Positions 53,127 to 63,392 of a DNA stretch of 64,000 nucleotides are shown here, piece by piece. Under the pieces are notes generated by a model. That model saw only the letters and a program-made list of their open reading frames with translations. It searched no databases and had not been told where the DNA came from. Origin of the DNA: an uncultured Candidatus Saccharibacteria bacterium (GTDB lineage: Bacteria; Patescibacteriota; Minisyncoccia; Phycocordibacterales; UBA918); the NCBI GenBank assembly GCA_964624165.1, contig CAZUWG010000002.1, positions 10,410 to 74,409 of the forward strand. Direction: 5' to 3'. A program made the translations under genes and the position numbers. Positions within the stretch are counted from its first letter, which is position 1. Every line of letters begins with the position of its first letter.

Positions 53127-54479
53127 ATGGAACGAACACTCATTTCAGCACTGCAATCACATATCGGTAGCACAGTTACAATTGCCGGCGTTGCCTCGGT
53201 GGTGCGCCAGCAAGGCAAGATGGTTTTTTTTGATTTTCGTGATCGCAGCGGTATCGTGCAAGGAGTGGTTTTTGGAAAGCCAGACGTCCTAGCAATTGCC
53301 AGCGACGTTTCTCCGGAGAGCTCACTTTATGTGACCGGCATTGTTAATAAACGCCCCGACAAAATGGTCAATGACAAAGTCGACAATGGTGACATTGAAC
53401 TTGAAATTACCGAGATTCAGATCTTGAACAAAGCTGACTCATTACCTTTTGCGCTTGATGGAGAGTTTACACTCGAGACCTTGCTTGATAATCGACCTCT
53501 TACCTTAAGACGCAAAGAAGACCGAGCGTTATTTTCTATTCAAGCTGCTATTACTGAAGCCTACGGTACGTTTTTGCGCCAAGAAGGATTCACTGAGTTT
53601 CAAGCACCGAAGCTAGTCGGTGGAGACGCTGAAGGCGGCGCGGAAGTATTTAAGGTTGATTATTTTAATGACAAAACAGCCTATCTCGCTACGAGCCCAC
53701 AACTCTATAAGCAAATGATGGTGGGGGTATTTGAGCGCGTCTTTTCATTTGCTACTGCTTTTCGAGCGGAAAAAAGCGCCACCACACGTCACTTAAGTGA
53801 ATACACCTCTCTTGATATGGAGATGGGGTTTATTGAGAGCCATCTTGACGTAATGAAGGTAGAGACCGCACTTATGAGCCATATCACTGAGTATTTGAAA
53901 ACACACAATCAAGCCGAACTTGATACTCTCAAAGTCTCGCCACCACTCATTCCTGAAGGAGAAGTATTTCCTTATATGAAACTTAGAGAAGCGCAAGCAC
54001 TCATTAAAGAGCGTACCGGGCAAGACAAAACTTCAGAGCCAGACCTAGAGCCAGAAGATGAACGGTGGCTTTGCGAGTATGCGCGTGAAGAGCTGGGGAG
54101 CGATTTTATTTTTATTACGCATTACCCTGTCTCAAAGCGACCGTTTTATACTATGGAAGATTCAGAAGATCCTGGTTTTACAAAGAGCTTCGACTTACTT
54201 TTCCGCGGAGTTGAAATCACCACCGGCGGCCAACGTGTGCATGATTTAGAAGTACTCAAAGAAAAGGCGAAATCAAAAGGACTCGACCCCGATAAGTTTT
54301 TATTTTATTTGCAAGCATTCCAGTATGGTATTCCGCCGCATGGCGGTTGGGGGATGGGTCTCGAGCGTCTCACGGCAAAATTCTGCGGCGTTAAAAACGT
54401 GAAAGAAGCAACACTGTTCCCGCGAGACATCAACCGTATTGATACCTTGCTTTCAAAACCCAATCCGGGCGACGAATAG
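53127..54479 (+). CDS. aspS: aspartyl-tRNA synthetase, archaeal/eukaryotic-type short form (possibly non-discriminating; AsnRS not excluded)
   Basis: Class IIb: N-terminal OB anticodon-binding domain, YLATSPQLYKQ, motif 2 FRAEKSATTRHLSEYTSLDMEM and motif 3 GGWGMGLERL in a 450-aa protein. Confidence 0.65.
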   Translation: MERTLISALQSHIGSTVTIAGVASVVRQQGKMVFFDFRDRSGIVQGVVFGKPDVLAIASDVSPESSLYVTGIVNKRPDKMVNDKVDNGDIELEITEIQILNKADSLPFALDGEFTLETLLDNRPLTLRRKEDRALFSIQAAITEAYGTFLRQEGFTEFQAPKLVGGDAEGGAEVFKVDYFNDKTAYLATSPQLYKQMMVGVFERVFSFATAFRAEKSATTRHLSEYTSLDMEMGFIESHLDVMKVETALMSHITEYLKTHNQAELDTLKVSPPLIPEGEVFPYMKLREAQALIKERTGQDKTSEPDLEPEDERWLCEYAREELGSDFIFITHYPVSKRPFYTMEDSEDPGFTKSFDLLFRGVEITTGGQRVHDLEVLKEKAKSKGLDPDKFLFYLQAFQYGIPPHGGWGMGLERLTAKFCGVKNVKEATLFPRDINRIDTLLSKPNPGDE

Positions 54480-54480
54480 C

Positions 54481-54515
54481 AAAATGAAGGCGCGAGCTTC
54501 GCTCGCGCCTTCATT
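54481..54515. terminator. intrinsic terminator
   Basis: AAAATGAAGGCGCGAGC-TTC-GCTCGCGCCTTCATT, a perfect palindrome. Confidence 0.7.
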
Positions 54516-54541
54516 CCTAACATATACCACACCGTACCCTT

Positions 54542-55768
54542 ATGCGCACTTCATACACACCACCCACAGAAATCTTAGAAAAATACGCTGAACTAATTGT
54601 TCAGTTTGGCCTCCAGCGCCAAGACGGCACTCTACTTCCGAAGGGGAGTGTGGTCGAGTTTACTGTGCCGGAAGCAGCCAAACCACTCTACTTTTATCTC
54701 CAACGCGCAATTTTGAAAAACGGTTACCATCCACATGGAAAATTTATTCCCAGCAGCGATGCTCATTTTCATTTTTCAAAAGATTTTTTTACTTTTGCAA
54801 AAAAATCTCAGTTGGAGCATTTTGATAAAAAATACCACACCGCTTATGTAGATATGATTGATGCTCAAATTTTTATCATTGCAGAAACGGAACTTTCAGA
54901 ATTAAATGAGACTAGTGGAATGAAAATTATGCAGCAACAAAATGCGCAAAAACCCCTCAAAGACATGCGGCTAAAAAAAATTGACCAAGGAAAATTATCT
55001 TGGACGCTTGCAGTTTACGGCACTAAAGACATGGCCAAGGAAGCCGATATGAGCGAGCGAGCGTACTGGAAGCAAATCATCGAAGCTTGTTATCTTGATA
55101 CAGATAATCCCATTAAAGAATGGCGGCGCATCACAAAAACAGCCCAAGCTGCCGCAGCAAAACTCACCAACATGAATATAAAAACGCTTCATTGGAAAGG
55201 CGAGGATATGGACATCACGGTGGGTATTGGCGCCGACCGCGTATGGCGCGTAGGAGGTGGCAACAACATTCCTTCATATGAAGTCTTCACGTCTCCAAAT
55301 ATGCACCAAGCGGAAGGGTGGATTCGCTTTAATCAGCCACACTTTCGTTATGGTAAAAAAATCGAAGGTATTGAGCTACGGTTTAAAAATGGGGAAGTTA
55401 TAAAGGCTAAAGCTACTAAAAATGAATCCCTCCTAAAACAAATGCTCAAAGCACCAGGCGGGAGCAGGCTCGGAGAAGTATCACTCACCGACCGTAGACT
55501 TTCTCGCATCTTAAAGCCGACCGGTGAAATCATCTACGACGAAAACATAGGCGGCACGTATGGCAATACGCACATAGCCATCGGCTCAAGTTTTCATGAT
55601 TGCTATAATGGTAAACAAAACAAATCAGCAAAACAGTGGGCGAAGCTCGGCTTCAATGAGTCGGTGGTGCATTCGGATTTTGTTTCAACAAGTGACCGCA
55701 CCGTCACCGCCATCCTCAAAGACGGCAGTAGCATTGTGATTTATAAAGACGGGATGTTTACTCTCTAA
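54542..55768 (+). CDS. M29-family aminopeptidase (AmpS/PepS-like)
   Basis: N-terminal LEKYAELIVQFGLQRQDG…, and C-terminal conserved His/Asp positions (GNTHIAIGSSF, VHSDFVS) typical of M29. Confidence 0.6.
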   Translation: MRTSYTPPTEILEKYAELIVQFGLQRQDGTLLPKGSVVEFTVPEAAKPLYFYLQRAILKNGYHPHGKFIPSSDAHFHFSKDFFTFAKKSQLEHFDKKYHTAYVDMIDAQIFIIAETELSELNETSGMKIMQQQNAQKPLKDMRLKKIDQGKLSWTLAVYGTKDMAKEADMSERAYWKQIIEACYLDTDNPIKEWRRITKTAQAAAAKLTNMNIKTLHWKGEDMDITVGIGADRVWRVGGGNNIPSYEVFTSPNMHQAEGWIRFNQPHFRYGKKIEGIELRFKNGEVIKAKATKNESLLKQMLKAPGGSRLGEVSLTDRRLSRILKPTGEIIYDENIGGTYGNTHIAIGSSFHDCYNGKQNKSAKQWAKLGFNESVVHSDFVSTSDRTVTAILKDGSSIVIYKDGMFTL

Positions 55769-55777
55769 CACACATAT

Positions 55778-56407
55778 ATGACCATCGAGCAAATTAGGGA
55801 AGAACTAATGACCAACGAGAACTTCTTGGCGGCTGAAATGGACATGCTCTGTACGTACTACAAGCTGAAACACACGCCACGCTGGGCACATATTCGTACG
55901 CAGGATGAAGTGGAGTCAGTGGCTGAGCATATTTACGGTATGCATATTCTAGCTGACTACTTTATCCCCTTACTGGACGAAACCTTTGACTTAGAAAAAG
56001 TACGACACATAATTACCTGGCACGATATGGCGGAAGCAATAGTCGGTGATATGACCAGCCGTTCAAAAACTGATGAGCACAAACAAGCAGAAAAAAGAGC
56101 TGAACAAGACCTCATAGTAACTGCACCCAGTCATCTTAAAGAACGTTTACAATTTGTTTATGAAACCTTTGATACAAAAACAGCAGCAGAAGCAAAGCTG
56201 GTAAAAGCTTTGGATAAGATTGAGCCAATGTTCCATCTCTATTTTCTCTCTAAAAACGTAAAAAATATTCATAAGAAGTTTGACTTAGTATGGACATCGG
56301 AAGTCTATCGCGAGTATCGTTCGTCTCATATAAATGCGTTTCCGCTTTTGAAGCACGTTGATGATTATTTAGTGAAACAAACAAAGCAGTTCCATCCCAC
56401 TTACTGA
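55778..56407 (+). CDS. HD-domain phosphohydrolase (YfbR-like 5'-deoxynucleotidase type)
   Basis: SVAEHIYGMHILADYF and WHDMAEAIVGD (HDxxExxxGD) motifs. Confidence 0.65.
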   Translation: MTIEQIREELMTNENFLAAEMDMLCTYYKLKHTPRWAHIRTQDEVESVAEHIYGMHILADYFIPLLDETFDLEKVRHIITWHDMAEAIVGDMTSRSKTDEHKQAEKRAEQDLIVTAPSHLKERLQFVYETFDTKTAAEAKLVKALDKIEPMFHLYFLSKNVKNIHKKFDLVWTSEVYREYRSSHINAFPLLKHVDDYLVKQTKQFHPTY

Positions 56408-56426
56408 GGCATGATACAATTTACCC

Positions 56427-57158
56427 ATGAGTCACGCCGCACTTGCGATTAAGACACAGGTGTTTGAAGGGCCTTTAGAGTTGTTGATTGAGCTAGTGGA
56501 GAAGCGCAAGCTTCTCATAAACGACATCAGTCTAGCCAAAGTCACTGACGAGTATATGGCCAAAGTGTCGTCGATGCAGGAAGAAAGTCTTCCCAACACC
56601 GCCCAGTTTGTACAACTGGCAGCAACACTTCTTTTAATAAAAAGCAAGTCGCTTTTACCGGTCTTGGAGCTTTCAAGCGAGGAAGAGGAGAGTATTGAAG
56701 CCCTTGAAGACCGCCTCAAGCGTTACCAATTTTACCGCGATCTCGCGAAAGACATTGAGCTGCAGTTTGGACGTAAGGTAGCCCACGAAAGAAAGTTTGT
56801 TCCCACCGTTACCCGTGAATTTACTCCGGACAACTTCACGACGCTGGCTGCCCTCCACACCGCTATGCGCGAGCTCCTGACCGAGCTGCCAATCGCTACA
56901 CCCACCGTCAAGGCCAGAGTGAAGCCACTGGTCTCGCTTGAGGAGATGATTGTCCGTCTTGAAGAGCGTATTGCCAAAGCTTCAAAGACCACTCTCCGGG
57001 AGCTAACGGGACACACGGCCGAGCAAAAGGAAGTGATCGTGGGCTTTTTAGCGATCTTGGAAAGCGTTAAGCAAGGGCAAGTATTGGTCGCTCAGCTTCA
57101 TTGCTTTACCGATATTGAAGTTACGAAAGAACGTCTCGCCACACCAAAATACTACTAA
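56427..57158 (+). CDS. scpA: segregation and condensation protein A
   Basis: FEGPLELLIELVEKRKLLINDISLAKVTDEYM kleisin N-terminus; located upstream of scpB. Confidence 0.8.
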   Translation: MSHAALAIKTQVFEGPLELLIELVEKRKLLINDISLAKVTDEYMAKVSSMQEESLPNTAQFVQLAATLLLIKSKSLLPVLELSSEEEESIEALEDRLKRYQFYRDLAKDIELQFGRKVAHERKFVPTVTREFTPDNFTTLAALHTAMRELLTELPIATPTVKARVKPLVSLEEMIVRLEERIAKASKTTLRELTGHTAEQKEVIVGFLAILESVKQGQVLVAQLHCFTDIEVTKERLATPKYY

Positions 57159-57202
57159 ACACCAAAGCAGCCTGCTCTAGCTAGACATGATATACTTTCT
57201 CT

Positions 57203-57736
57203 ATGCAGGGAATGTCACTTACCGCACAGCTTGAAGGTATGCTATTTCATACTGGAAAGCCAGTTTCAAAGTCTGATATCATGACGATTTGTGGCTTGAA
57301 GGAGTATGCGCTTCGGGCCGCGTGTAAAAAGCTCCGGGTGGAGCTTTTGAACCGCGGCCTTATCCTAATCGACAATGAAAGCACCCTCGAACTCGCTACC
57401 AATCCACTCCTTGATCCTCTAATCGACTCCCTTCGAAAAGACGATGTGGCTCGCGACATTGGAAAAGCAGGAGCCGAGACATTGGCAATTATTCTCTATC
57501 GCGGGCCGATTAGCCGCACAGAGATAGAGCAAATTCGCGGTGTCAATTGCCAACACATCATCAGAAATCTCCTGATCCGCGATTTGATTGAGAAAGACCA
57601 AAAGAGTCGTACACCGCGCTACATAGGGAGCACCGCGCTACTTCGCCATCTCGGCATCGGGAAGCGGGAAGACTTACCAAATTTTTCTGCTACTATGGAG
57701 AGACTTGAAGCCTTTGAGGCTTCACTGACCGAATAA
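57203..57736 (+). CDS. scpB: segregation and condensation protein B
   Basis: Tandem winged-helix domains (LEGMLFHTGKPVS...; ILYRGPISRTEIEQIRGVNCQHIIRNLLIRDLIE). Confidence 0.8.
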   Translation: MQGMSLTAQLEGMLFHTGKPVSKSDIMTICGLKEYALRAACKKLRVELLNRGLILIDNESTLELATNPLLDPLIDSLRKDDVARDIGKAGAETLAIILYRGPISRTEIEQIRGVNCQHIIRNLLIRDLIEKDQKSRTPRYIGSTALLRHLGIGKREDLPNFSATMERLEAFEASLTE

Positions 57737-57738
57737 AT

Positions 57739-58698
57739 ATGTTTACCACTTTTACCGAATACTCCACAAAAACCATACTTTTTCTTTTCCTTGGACTAGG
57801 CATTTTTCTCTGTGCAGTTTTATTTTTGATCTACAATGACAGCCAGCAGAGCTCAAAGGCACGTGAATATATAAGCAAACCAACCCAAAGCGCCGCCGTC
57901 GCCGAAAGCAGCCAAAAGCAAGATCCTTTTGCAGGCATAGCACTTTCTGGCGCAGCAGCTTTTGTACTTGATGCCAAAACACAAAAAGTGCTTTACACCA
58001 AAAATCCCGACGAACAGCTGCCGCTCGCCTCAATCACCAAGCTGATGACTGCCGCGCTCGCCAATGAAATCCTGCCTGCCGAAAGTCGCATCACCATCTC
58101 CAGTGCTGCCATGGCCCAAGATGGCACGAGCGCAATACTAGAAGGGGAGGTATACACAATGCAAGCGCTATCAGACTTAACGCTCGTCACCTCTTCAAAC
58201 GACGGCGCTTACGCGCTCGCAGAAGCAGCGGGCGCCCTCTTTGAAAACGGCGGCCCTTCAACCTTTGTACAGGCTATGAATATTAAAAGTGACGAACTTG
58301 GTCTCACCAAAACTTATTTCCGCAATCCAACCGGTCTCGACGTTGCTGAAGGGAAGTCCGGTGCATACAGCACCGCGAGAGACGTCGCCTTTTTAATGCA
58401 ACATATACTATTTACTCAGCCAGGCATCCTAGAAAGAACAACCGCAAGCAGGGTACAGATACCGGTCGTCAACGCAGGCAATAAACAGATTTACAACACA
58501 AACTACAACGCCGATGATATAATCGGTCTCATCGGCTCAAAGACAGGCTACACGGAGCTCGCGGGCGGCAATCTAGTGATTGCATTTGAGGTTGAGCCCA
58601 ACCACCCGATTATCGCCGTGGTTCTTGGCTCCACAAGAGAAGGTCGTTTTAGTGACATCGACAGTTTAGTAAAAGCCGCCAATTCATTGTTTGAATAA
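57739..58698 (+). CDS. D-alanyl-D-alanine carboxypeptidase (S11 penicillin-binding protein)
   Basis: N-terminal anchor, the SxxK active site (LASITKLMTA), SxN (TSSNDGA) and KTG (GSKTGYT) motifs. Confidence 0.8.
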   Translation: MFTTFTEYSTKTILFLFLGLGIFLCAVLFLIYNDSQQSSKAREYISKPTQSAAVAESSQKQDPFAGIALSGAAAFVLDAKTQKVLYTKNPDEQLPLASITKLMTAALANEILPAESRITISSAAMAQDGTSAILEGEVYTMQALSDLTLVTSSNDGAYALAEAAGALFENGGPSTFVQAMNIKSDELGLTKTYFRNPTGLDVAEGKSGAYSTARDVAFLMQHILFTQPGILERTTASRVQIPVVNAGNKQIYNTNYNADDIIGLIGSKTGYTELAGGNLVIAFEVEPNHPIIAVVLGSTREGRFSDIDSLVKAANSLFE

Positions 58699-58700
58699 AT

Positions 58701-59759
58701 ATGGACATTACCTTAATAAAAATTCTTCTACCAGCCGCTCTGGCATTTATTATCGGCATTTCGATCACGCCTGTGGTAACGCATTACTTGTTTAAGTATA
58801 AAATTTGGAAAAAAACCGGTGGCAAAACCGCCCTCAATGGACGCGAGGCAACCGAATTTAATCGCATTAAAGGGGCAGACGAGACAAAGACGCCACGTAT
58901 GGGTGGGATTATTATCTGGGCGAGCGTGTTACTCACAGTACTCCTTATCGCGCTTTTGGGAGTGATATTTCCTGAGACCGTACTCGCTGACCTGGATTAT
59001 TTTAGTCGCTCACAAACCTGGATTCCACTCTCTGTTCTACTCATCGCGGCGCTGTTTGGCTTGGTCAACGATATCTACGATGTGCAACATAGCGGAAAGG
59101 GAGTGCGACTACGTACCCGCATTATTGCAATTTCAATTTTTTCAGGGCTAATTGGATGGTGGTTTTATGACAAGCTAGACGTCTCTACAGTCAGTATTCC
59201 ATTTGATGGCTACGTGGAGCTTGGTTGGCTTATTATTCCATTCTTTATTTTTCTCACCAACGCACTCTACGCTAGCGGCGTCATTGATGGTATCGATGGT
59301 CTATCCGGAGGTGTGTTTGCCTCAATTTTCATCGCCTATGGTGGAGTAGCGGTCTTCCAATCGCAATACGACCTGGCCGCTTTTTGCGCCACCATCGCCG
59401 GCGGCATTCTCGCTTTCTTATGGTTCAACATTCCTCCGGCCCGTTTTTGGATGACTGAAACTGGCAGCATGGCCCTCACACTCACGCTAGCGATAGTAGT
59501 ATTTATGACCGACGCTCTCGGCGGAGGAAACGGAGTCTCGCTACTTTTCATTATTGGGTTACCGCTGGTAGCCACCGTCGCTTCAAATGTACTACAGATC
59601 TCATACCGCAAAGCAACTGGCAAAAAACTCTTCCGCATCGCTCCGCTTCATCACCATTTTGAGGCCATCGGGTGGCCATCATACAAAGTGACTATGCGGT
59701 ATTGGATTATTAGTATCGTGTGTGCAATTATTGGTATTATGATTGCAGCAGTTGCATAA
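58701..59759 (+). CDS. mraY: phospho-N-acetylmuramoyl-pentapeptide transferase MraY
   Basis: 10-TM protein with PRMGG (TPRMGGIII), NALYASGVIDGIDGLSGG and a C-terminal HHHFE motif (APLHHHFEAIGW). Confidence 0.8.
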   Translation: MDITLIKILLPAALAFIIGISITPVVTHYLFKYKIWKKTGGKTALNGREATEFNRIKGADETKTPRMGGIIIWASVLLTVLLIALLGVIFPETVLADLDYFSRSQTWIPLSVLLIAALFGLVNDIYDVQHSGKGVRLRTRIIAISIFSGLIGWWFYDKLDVSTVSIPFDGYVELGWLIIPFFIFLTNALYASGVIDGIDGLSGGVFASIFIAYGGVAVFQSQYDLAAFCATIAGGILAFLWFNIPPARFWMTETGSMALTLTLAIVVFMTDALGGGNGVSLLFIIGLPLVATVASNVLQISYRKATGKKLFRIAPLHHHFEAIGWPSYKVTMRYWIISIVCAIIGIMIAAVA

Positions 59760-59761
59760 AT

Positions 59762-60880
59762 ATGAGTTTCAAACACGTTGACAAAATCTTTTTGTTCGTG
59801 GTCATGATACTCACCATTGGCGGATTTTTTGTATTTTCTTCTGCTTCACTTGGCTTACTTACTCGCAGTACAGAGATCACTTCAGCGACGTCATTTTTAT
59901 CTTCTGTCGCATTTTCACAATTCTTTTTTGGTATTGTGGGCGGCACTATCGCTCTCCTTATCACGAGTCATATCCATTATCGATTTTGGCGTAAATACGC
60001 TTTTTACATTTTTCTTGTCGCATCGATACTTACACTCTTAGTCTTCACTCCACTTGGGTTTGAGTACGGCGGCGCAAAACGTTGGCTTCATCTGGGCGGC
60101 TTTTCTTTTCAGCCAGCCGAGCTGTTGAAAATTGCCTTTGTTATCTATATCGCTACCTGGCTTTCTGGAATGAAGGATGTCATAAAAGACACCAAGGCGG
60201 GTACGCTGCCATTTTTCGCAATTGTAGGAGTAGTCGGTGCAGTAATGCTTGCCCAGCCAGATACTGACACTTTTTTAATTATGGCTTTTGCAGCGACCGC
60301 CATGTTTTTGGTAGCGGGCGGACGCTGGCGTGATGTGGGTTTGGTGATGGTAGCCGTGAGCCTACTTGCTCTTATTCTTATCTTTACACGACCGTATATT
60401 AAAGACCGTATTACCACGTTTTTTAACCCTGAGCTGGACGCCCAGGGTGCCGGCTGGCAGATAAACCAATCACTCATTGCTATTGGTTCTGGCGGCTTTT
60501 GGGGTAACGGATACGGACAGAGTGTGCAAAAATTTGGCTATTTACCCGAGCCAATTAGCGACTCGATTTTTGCTGTCTATGGTGAAGAGTTTGGATTTTT
60601 TGGAAGCTTTATCCTCTTGTTATTATTTTCTGCTTTTACTTTTCGTGGGCTGCGGATTGCTTCTCACGCCAAAGACCAGTTTGGCATGCTCCTGGTTGTA
60701 GGTCTCGTGGGTGTCATCGCCGGACAAGCCTTCCTTAATATTGCCGCCATGGCCGGACTTTTACCGCTGGGTGGTTTGCCGCTGCCTTTTATCAGCCACG
60801 GGGGGACGGCACTTTTAATGACTCTGGCTGCGGTGGGCGTGATTTTAAATGTGTCTAAACACCAAACTAGGAAAGCTTAG
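59762..60880 (+). CDS. ftsW: SEDS-family peptidoglycan polymerase FtsW/RodA
   Basis: 10-TM SEDS topology; QPAELLKIAF, QPDTDTF..., GGLPLPFISHGGTALL motifs. Start reset to ATG 59762, just after the mraY stop. Confidence 0.8.
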   Translation: MSFKHVDKIFLFVVMILTIGGFFVFSSASLGLLTRSTEITSATSFLSSVAFSQFFFGIVGGTIALLITSHIHYRFWRKYAFYIFLVASILTLLVFTPLGFEYGGAKRWLHLGGFSFQPAELLKIAFVIYIATWLSGMKDVIKDTKAGTLPFFAIVGVVGAVMLAQPDTDTFLIMAFAATAMFLVAGGRWRDVGLVMVAVSLLALILIFTRPYIKDRITTFFNPELDAQGAGWQINQSLIAIGSGGFWGNGYGQSVQKFGYLPEPISDSIFAVYGEEFGFFGSFILLLLFSAFTFRGLRIASHAKDQFGMLLVVGLVGVIAGQAFLNIAAMAGLLPLGGLPLPFISHGGTALLMTLAAVGVILNVSKHQTRKA

Positions 60881-60896
60881 CTGGTATACTATCGTT

Positions 60897-62015
60897 ATGA
60901 GAATTGGACTCGTAGGTGGAGGAACAGGAGGGCATTTTTATCCGCTAATCGCAATTGCGGAGGCGCTTCGTGATCAAGAATCAACACTGGGCATAGAGAT
61001 AGACCTTCGTTATTTTGGCCCGGAACCGTATTCACAAACCTCACTTGATGCATTAGAAATTGCATTCTCAAAAATTCCGGCAGGGAAGCGGCGGCGGTAT
61101 TTTTCGCTTTTGAATATTCTTGATTTCTTTGTCATGCTTTATGGAGTGGTAGTGGCATTCTTCAAGCTCTTATTTCTTTATCCGGACGTCATTATGAGTA
61201 AGGGAGGTTTTACAAGTGTGCCGGTAGTGTTGGCGGCGAGAGTGCTCCGCATTCCGGTGGTGGTGCATGAGTCTGATACCAAAGTCGGCAGTGCCAATAA
61301 ACTAGCCGCGAAATCTGCAAGGTATATTGCAGTGGCATATCCTGAAGCAGCGCAGTTTTTTCCGGAGGAAAAAACTGCGCTTGTCGGCATCCCGATCCGC
61401 AAATCTTTCTTTACTCCTCACAAAAATCCTCATCAGGTACTTGGCATTCCGAGTGATCGACCGGTAATTTTTGTAACTGGGGGATCCAGTGGTGCTGAAA
61501 GAATCAACACTTTGATCCTTGATAGCATTGATGAGTTACTCCCTCACTACACCATTATTCACCAAGTTGGAGATGCGAATATTTTTGCCGTTAGAGAAAC
61601 AGCCCTCGCAAGGAAACTCCCGCAAGACCAGCTCTCTCGTTACTTTATCTTAGGACACCTTGATAACACCAGCATGACTGCTGCCCTTGACGCCGCTGCG
61701 CTTATCATCGCCCGAGCGGGGAGTACGACGTTGTTTGAAATTGCGCTCAAAGGTAAACCATCGATCATTATTCCAATTCCCGAAAGCATAAGCCACGATC
61801 AAAAAACCAACGCTTACACATACGCCAATACTGGCGCCGCCACCGTGCTCGAAGAAGCCAATATGACCGACAGTCTACTTGTGTCGGCAATAACGAGTAT
61901 TATGGAAAACGAACTTACGTACCAGACCATGCAAAACGCTGCCTTGAACTTTACAAATAAAACAGCAGCCGCTACACTCGCTACAACCCTTATCAATATC
62001 GCACAAGAACACTAG
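60897..62015 (+). CDS. murG: UDP-GlcNAc:lipid I N-acetylglucosaminyltransferase MurG
   Basis: MRIGLVGGGTGGHFYPLIAIAEAL N-terminus and a GT28 C-terminal domain (VFVTGGSSGAERIN). Start at ATG 60897. Confidence 0.85.
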   Translation: MRIGLVGGGTGGHFYPLIAIAEALRDQESTLGIEIDLRYFGPEPYSQTSLDALEIAFSKIPAGKRRRYFSLLNILDFFVMLYGVVVAFFKLLFLYPDVIMSKGGFTSVPVVLAARVLRIPVVVHESDTKVGSANKLAAKSARYIAVAYPEAAQFFPEEKTALVGIPIRKSFFTPHKNPHQVLGIPSDRPVIFVTGGSSGAERINTLILDSIDELLPHYTIIHQVGDANIFAVRETALARKLPQDQLSRYFILGHLDNTSMTAALDAAALIIARAGSTTLFEIALKGKPSIIIPIPESISHDQKTNAYTYANTGAATVLEEANMTDSLLVSAITSIMENELTYQTMQNAALNFTNKTAAATLATTLINIAQEH

Positions 62016-62017
62016 TC

Positions 62018-63370
62018 ATGAGCAACATCATTACCCGCATGCCACCAAGTCCGACCGGGCATCTACATATCGGAACCGCCCGTACGGCGCTTTTTAACTA
62101 TTTATTTGCAAAAAAACACGGCGGCAAAATGATACTGCGCAGTGAAGATACCGACAAAGCCAGAAGTACCAAAGCCTACGAGACCGAGATCGTGGAAGGT
62201 CTGAAATGGCTCGGTATTACTTGGGATAATGAAGAGATCTTTCGCCAGTCTGAACGAACTCCACTTTATAGAGGCTACCTTGAAAAAATGATCGCAGCTG
62301 GTACTGCTTATCTTTCCAAGGAGCCTAAAAAAGACGACCCTACGACTCTTATCGAAGTAGTGCGACTCAAAAACCCAAACAAAACCATCACTTTCACTGA
62401 CTTAGTGCGCGGTGAAATCACCTTTGACACCACTGAACTTGGCGACATTGTCATAGCGCGTACGATTGATGATCCTTTATATCACCTGACGGTGGTGGTG
62501 GATGATTTTGAGATGGGCGTGACGCATGTCATCCGTGGCGAAGACCATATAGCCAATACGCCACGGCAAATCTTGATCCAAGAAGCGATCAAAGCTCCCT
62601 TACCCGCCTATGCACATCTGCCACTGATTCTTGCCTCAGACCGTTCAAAAATGTCGAAGCGTCATGGGGCCGTGGCTTTATTAGAATATCAAAACGCTGG
62701 CTTTCTCCCGGCTGCGATCACAAACTATCTGGCACTCTTAGGCTGGAATCCGGGTACCGAACAAGAAATTTTTACGCCTGAGGCACTGGTAGAGGCCTTT
62801 TCACTTGAGGGCGTACAAAAGGGCGGGGCAGTCTTTGATCTGCATAAATTTACTTGGGTCAACAAACAACATTTAGCCCTGCTTTCAGATGCCGAGTTTA
62901 CTCAATATGTGATGGAGCATGGTGGCAATTCGCTTCGCGAATTGCCACAGTTTACAGACGCCGCTTGGCAACGTTTGCTCCCGACGATACGCGAACGGAT
63001 TAGTCTAGGAAAAGAATTTGCCGATGCTGTAGCAGCAGGGGAGTATGATTTTGCCTTCTCGAAGGTGCAACCAAGTCGCGAGCTTCTTAAGTGGAAAAAC
63101 GACAATAAGCCAGAAGACGCGGTGCCTCGCCTCCTTGAAGTAGCGTCTCTGCTTGAGGCTGCCGACTTTTCTTCACCTGACACCATCAAAGCAGCCCTCT
63201 GGGATTATGCGGAAAAGGTAGGGAAGGGGGAAGTGCTGTGGCCACTTCGCGTTTCTGTGACAGCACTGGAACGCTCACCAGATCCATTTACGGCGCTCTT
63301 TATTGTAGGCAAAGAGGAAGGTCTTTTACGCATACACAACACCGTCGATATCTTGAAAAGCCACTCATAA
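62018..63370 (+). CDS. gltX: glutamyl-tRNA synthetase
   Basis: HIGH (PSPTGHLHIGTARTALFNY), KMSKS (KMSKRHG), and a 450-aa class I Glx fold. Confidence 0.85.
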   Translation: MSNIITRMPPSPTGHLHIGTARTALFNYLFAKKHGGKMILRSEDTDKARSTKAYETEIVEGLKWLGITWDNEEIFRQSERTPLYRGYLEKMIAAGTAYLSKEPKKDDPTTLIEVVRLKNPNKTITFTDLVRGEITFDTTELGDIVIARTIDDPLYHLTVVVDDFEMGVTHVIRGEDHIANTPRQILIQEAIKAPLPAYAHLPLILASDRSKMSKRHGAVALLEYQNAGFLPAAITNYLALLGWNPGTEQEIFTPEALVEAFSLEGVQKGGAVFDLHKFTWVNKQHLALLSDAEFTQYVMEHGGNSLRELPQFTDAAWQRLLPTIRERISLGKEFADAVAAGEYDFAFSKVQPSRELLKWKNDNKPEDAVPRLLEVASLLEAADFSSPDTIKAALWDYAEKVGKGEVLWPLRVSVTALERSPDPFTALFIVGKEEGLLRIHNTVDILKSHS

Positions 63371-63392
63371 ATACATGGTATTATAGTGAAGT

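Noticed and set aside
7451-54515. Possibility that the recurring GC hairpins are a CRISPR array or a dispersed mobile repeat (REP/MITE)
   Set aside because: They are single copies in separate intergenic regions with different stem sequences. They are not regularly spaced, not separated by unique spacers of constant length, and no cas cluster or transposase is present. They fit A-tract/hairpin/T-tract terminators.
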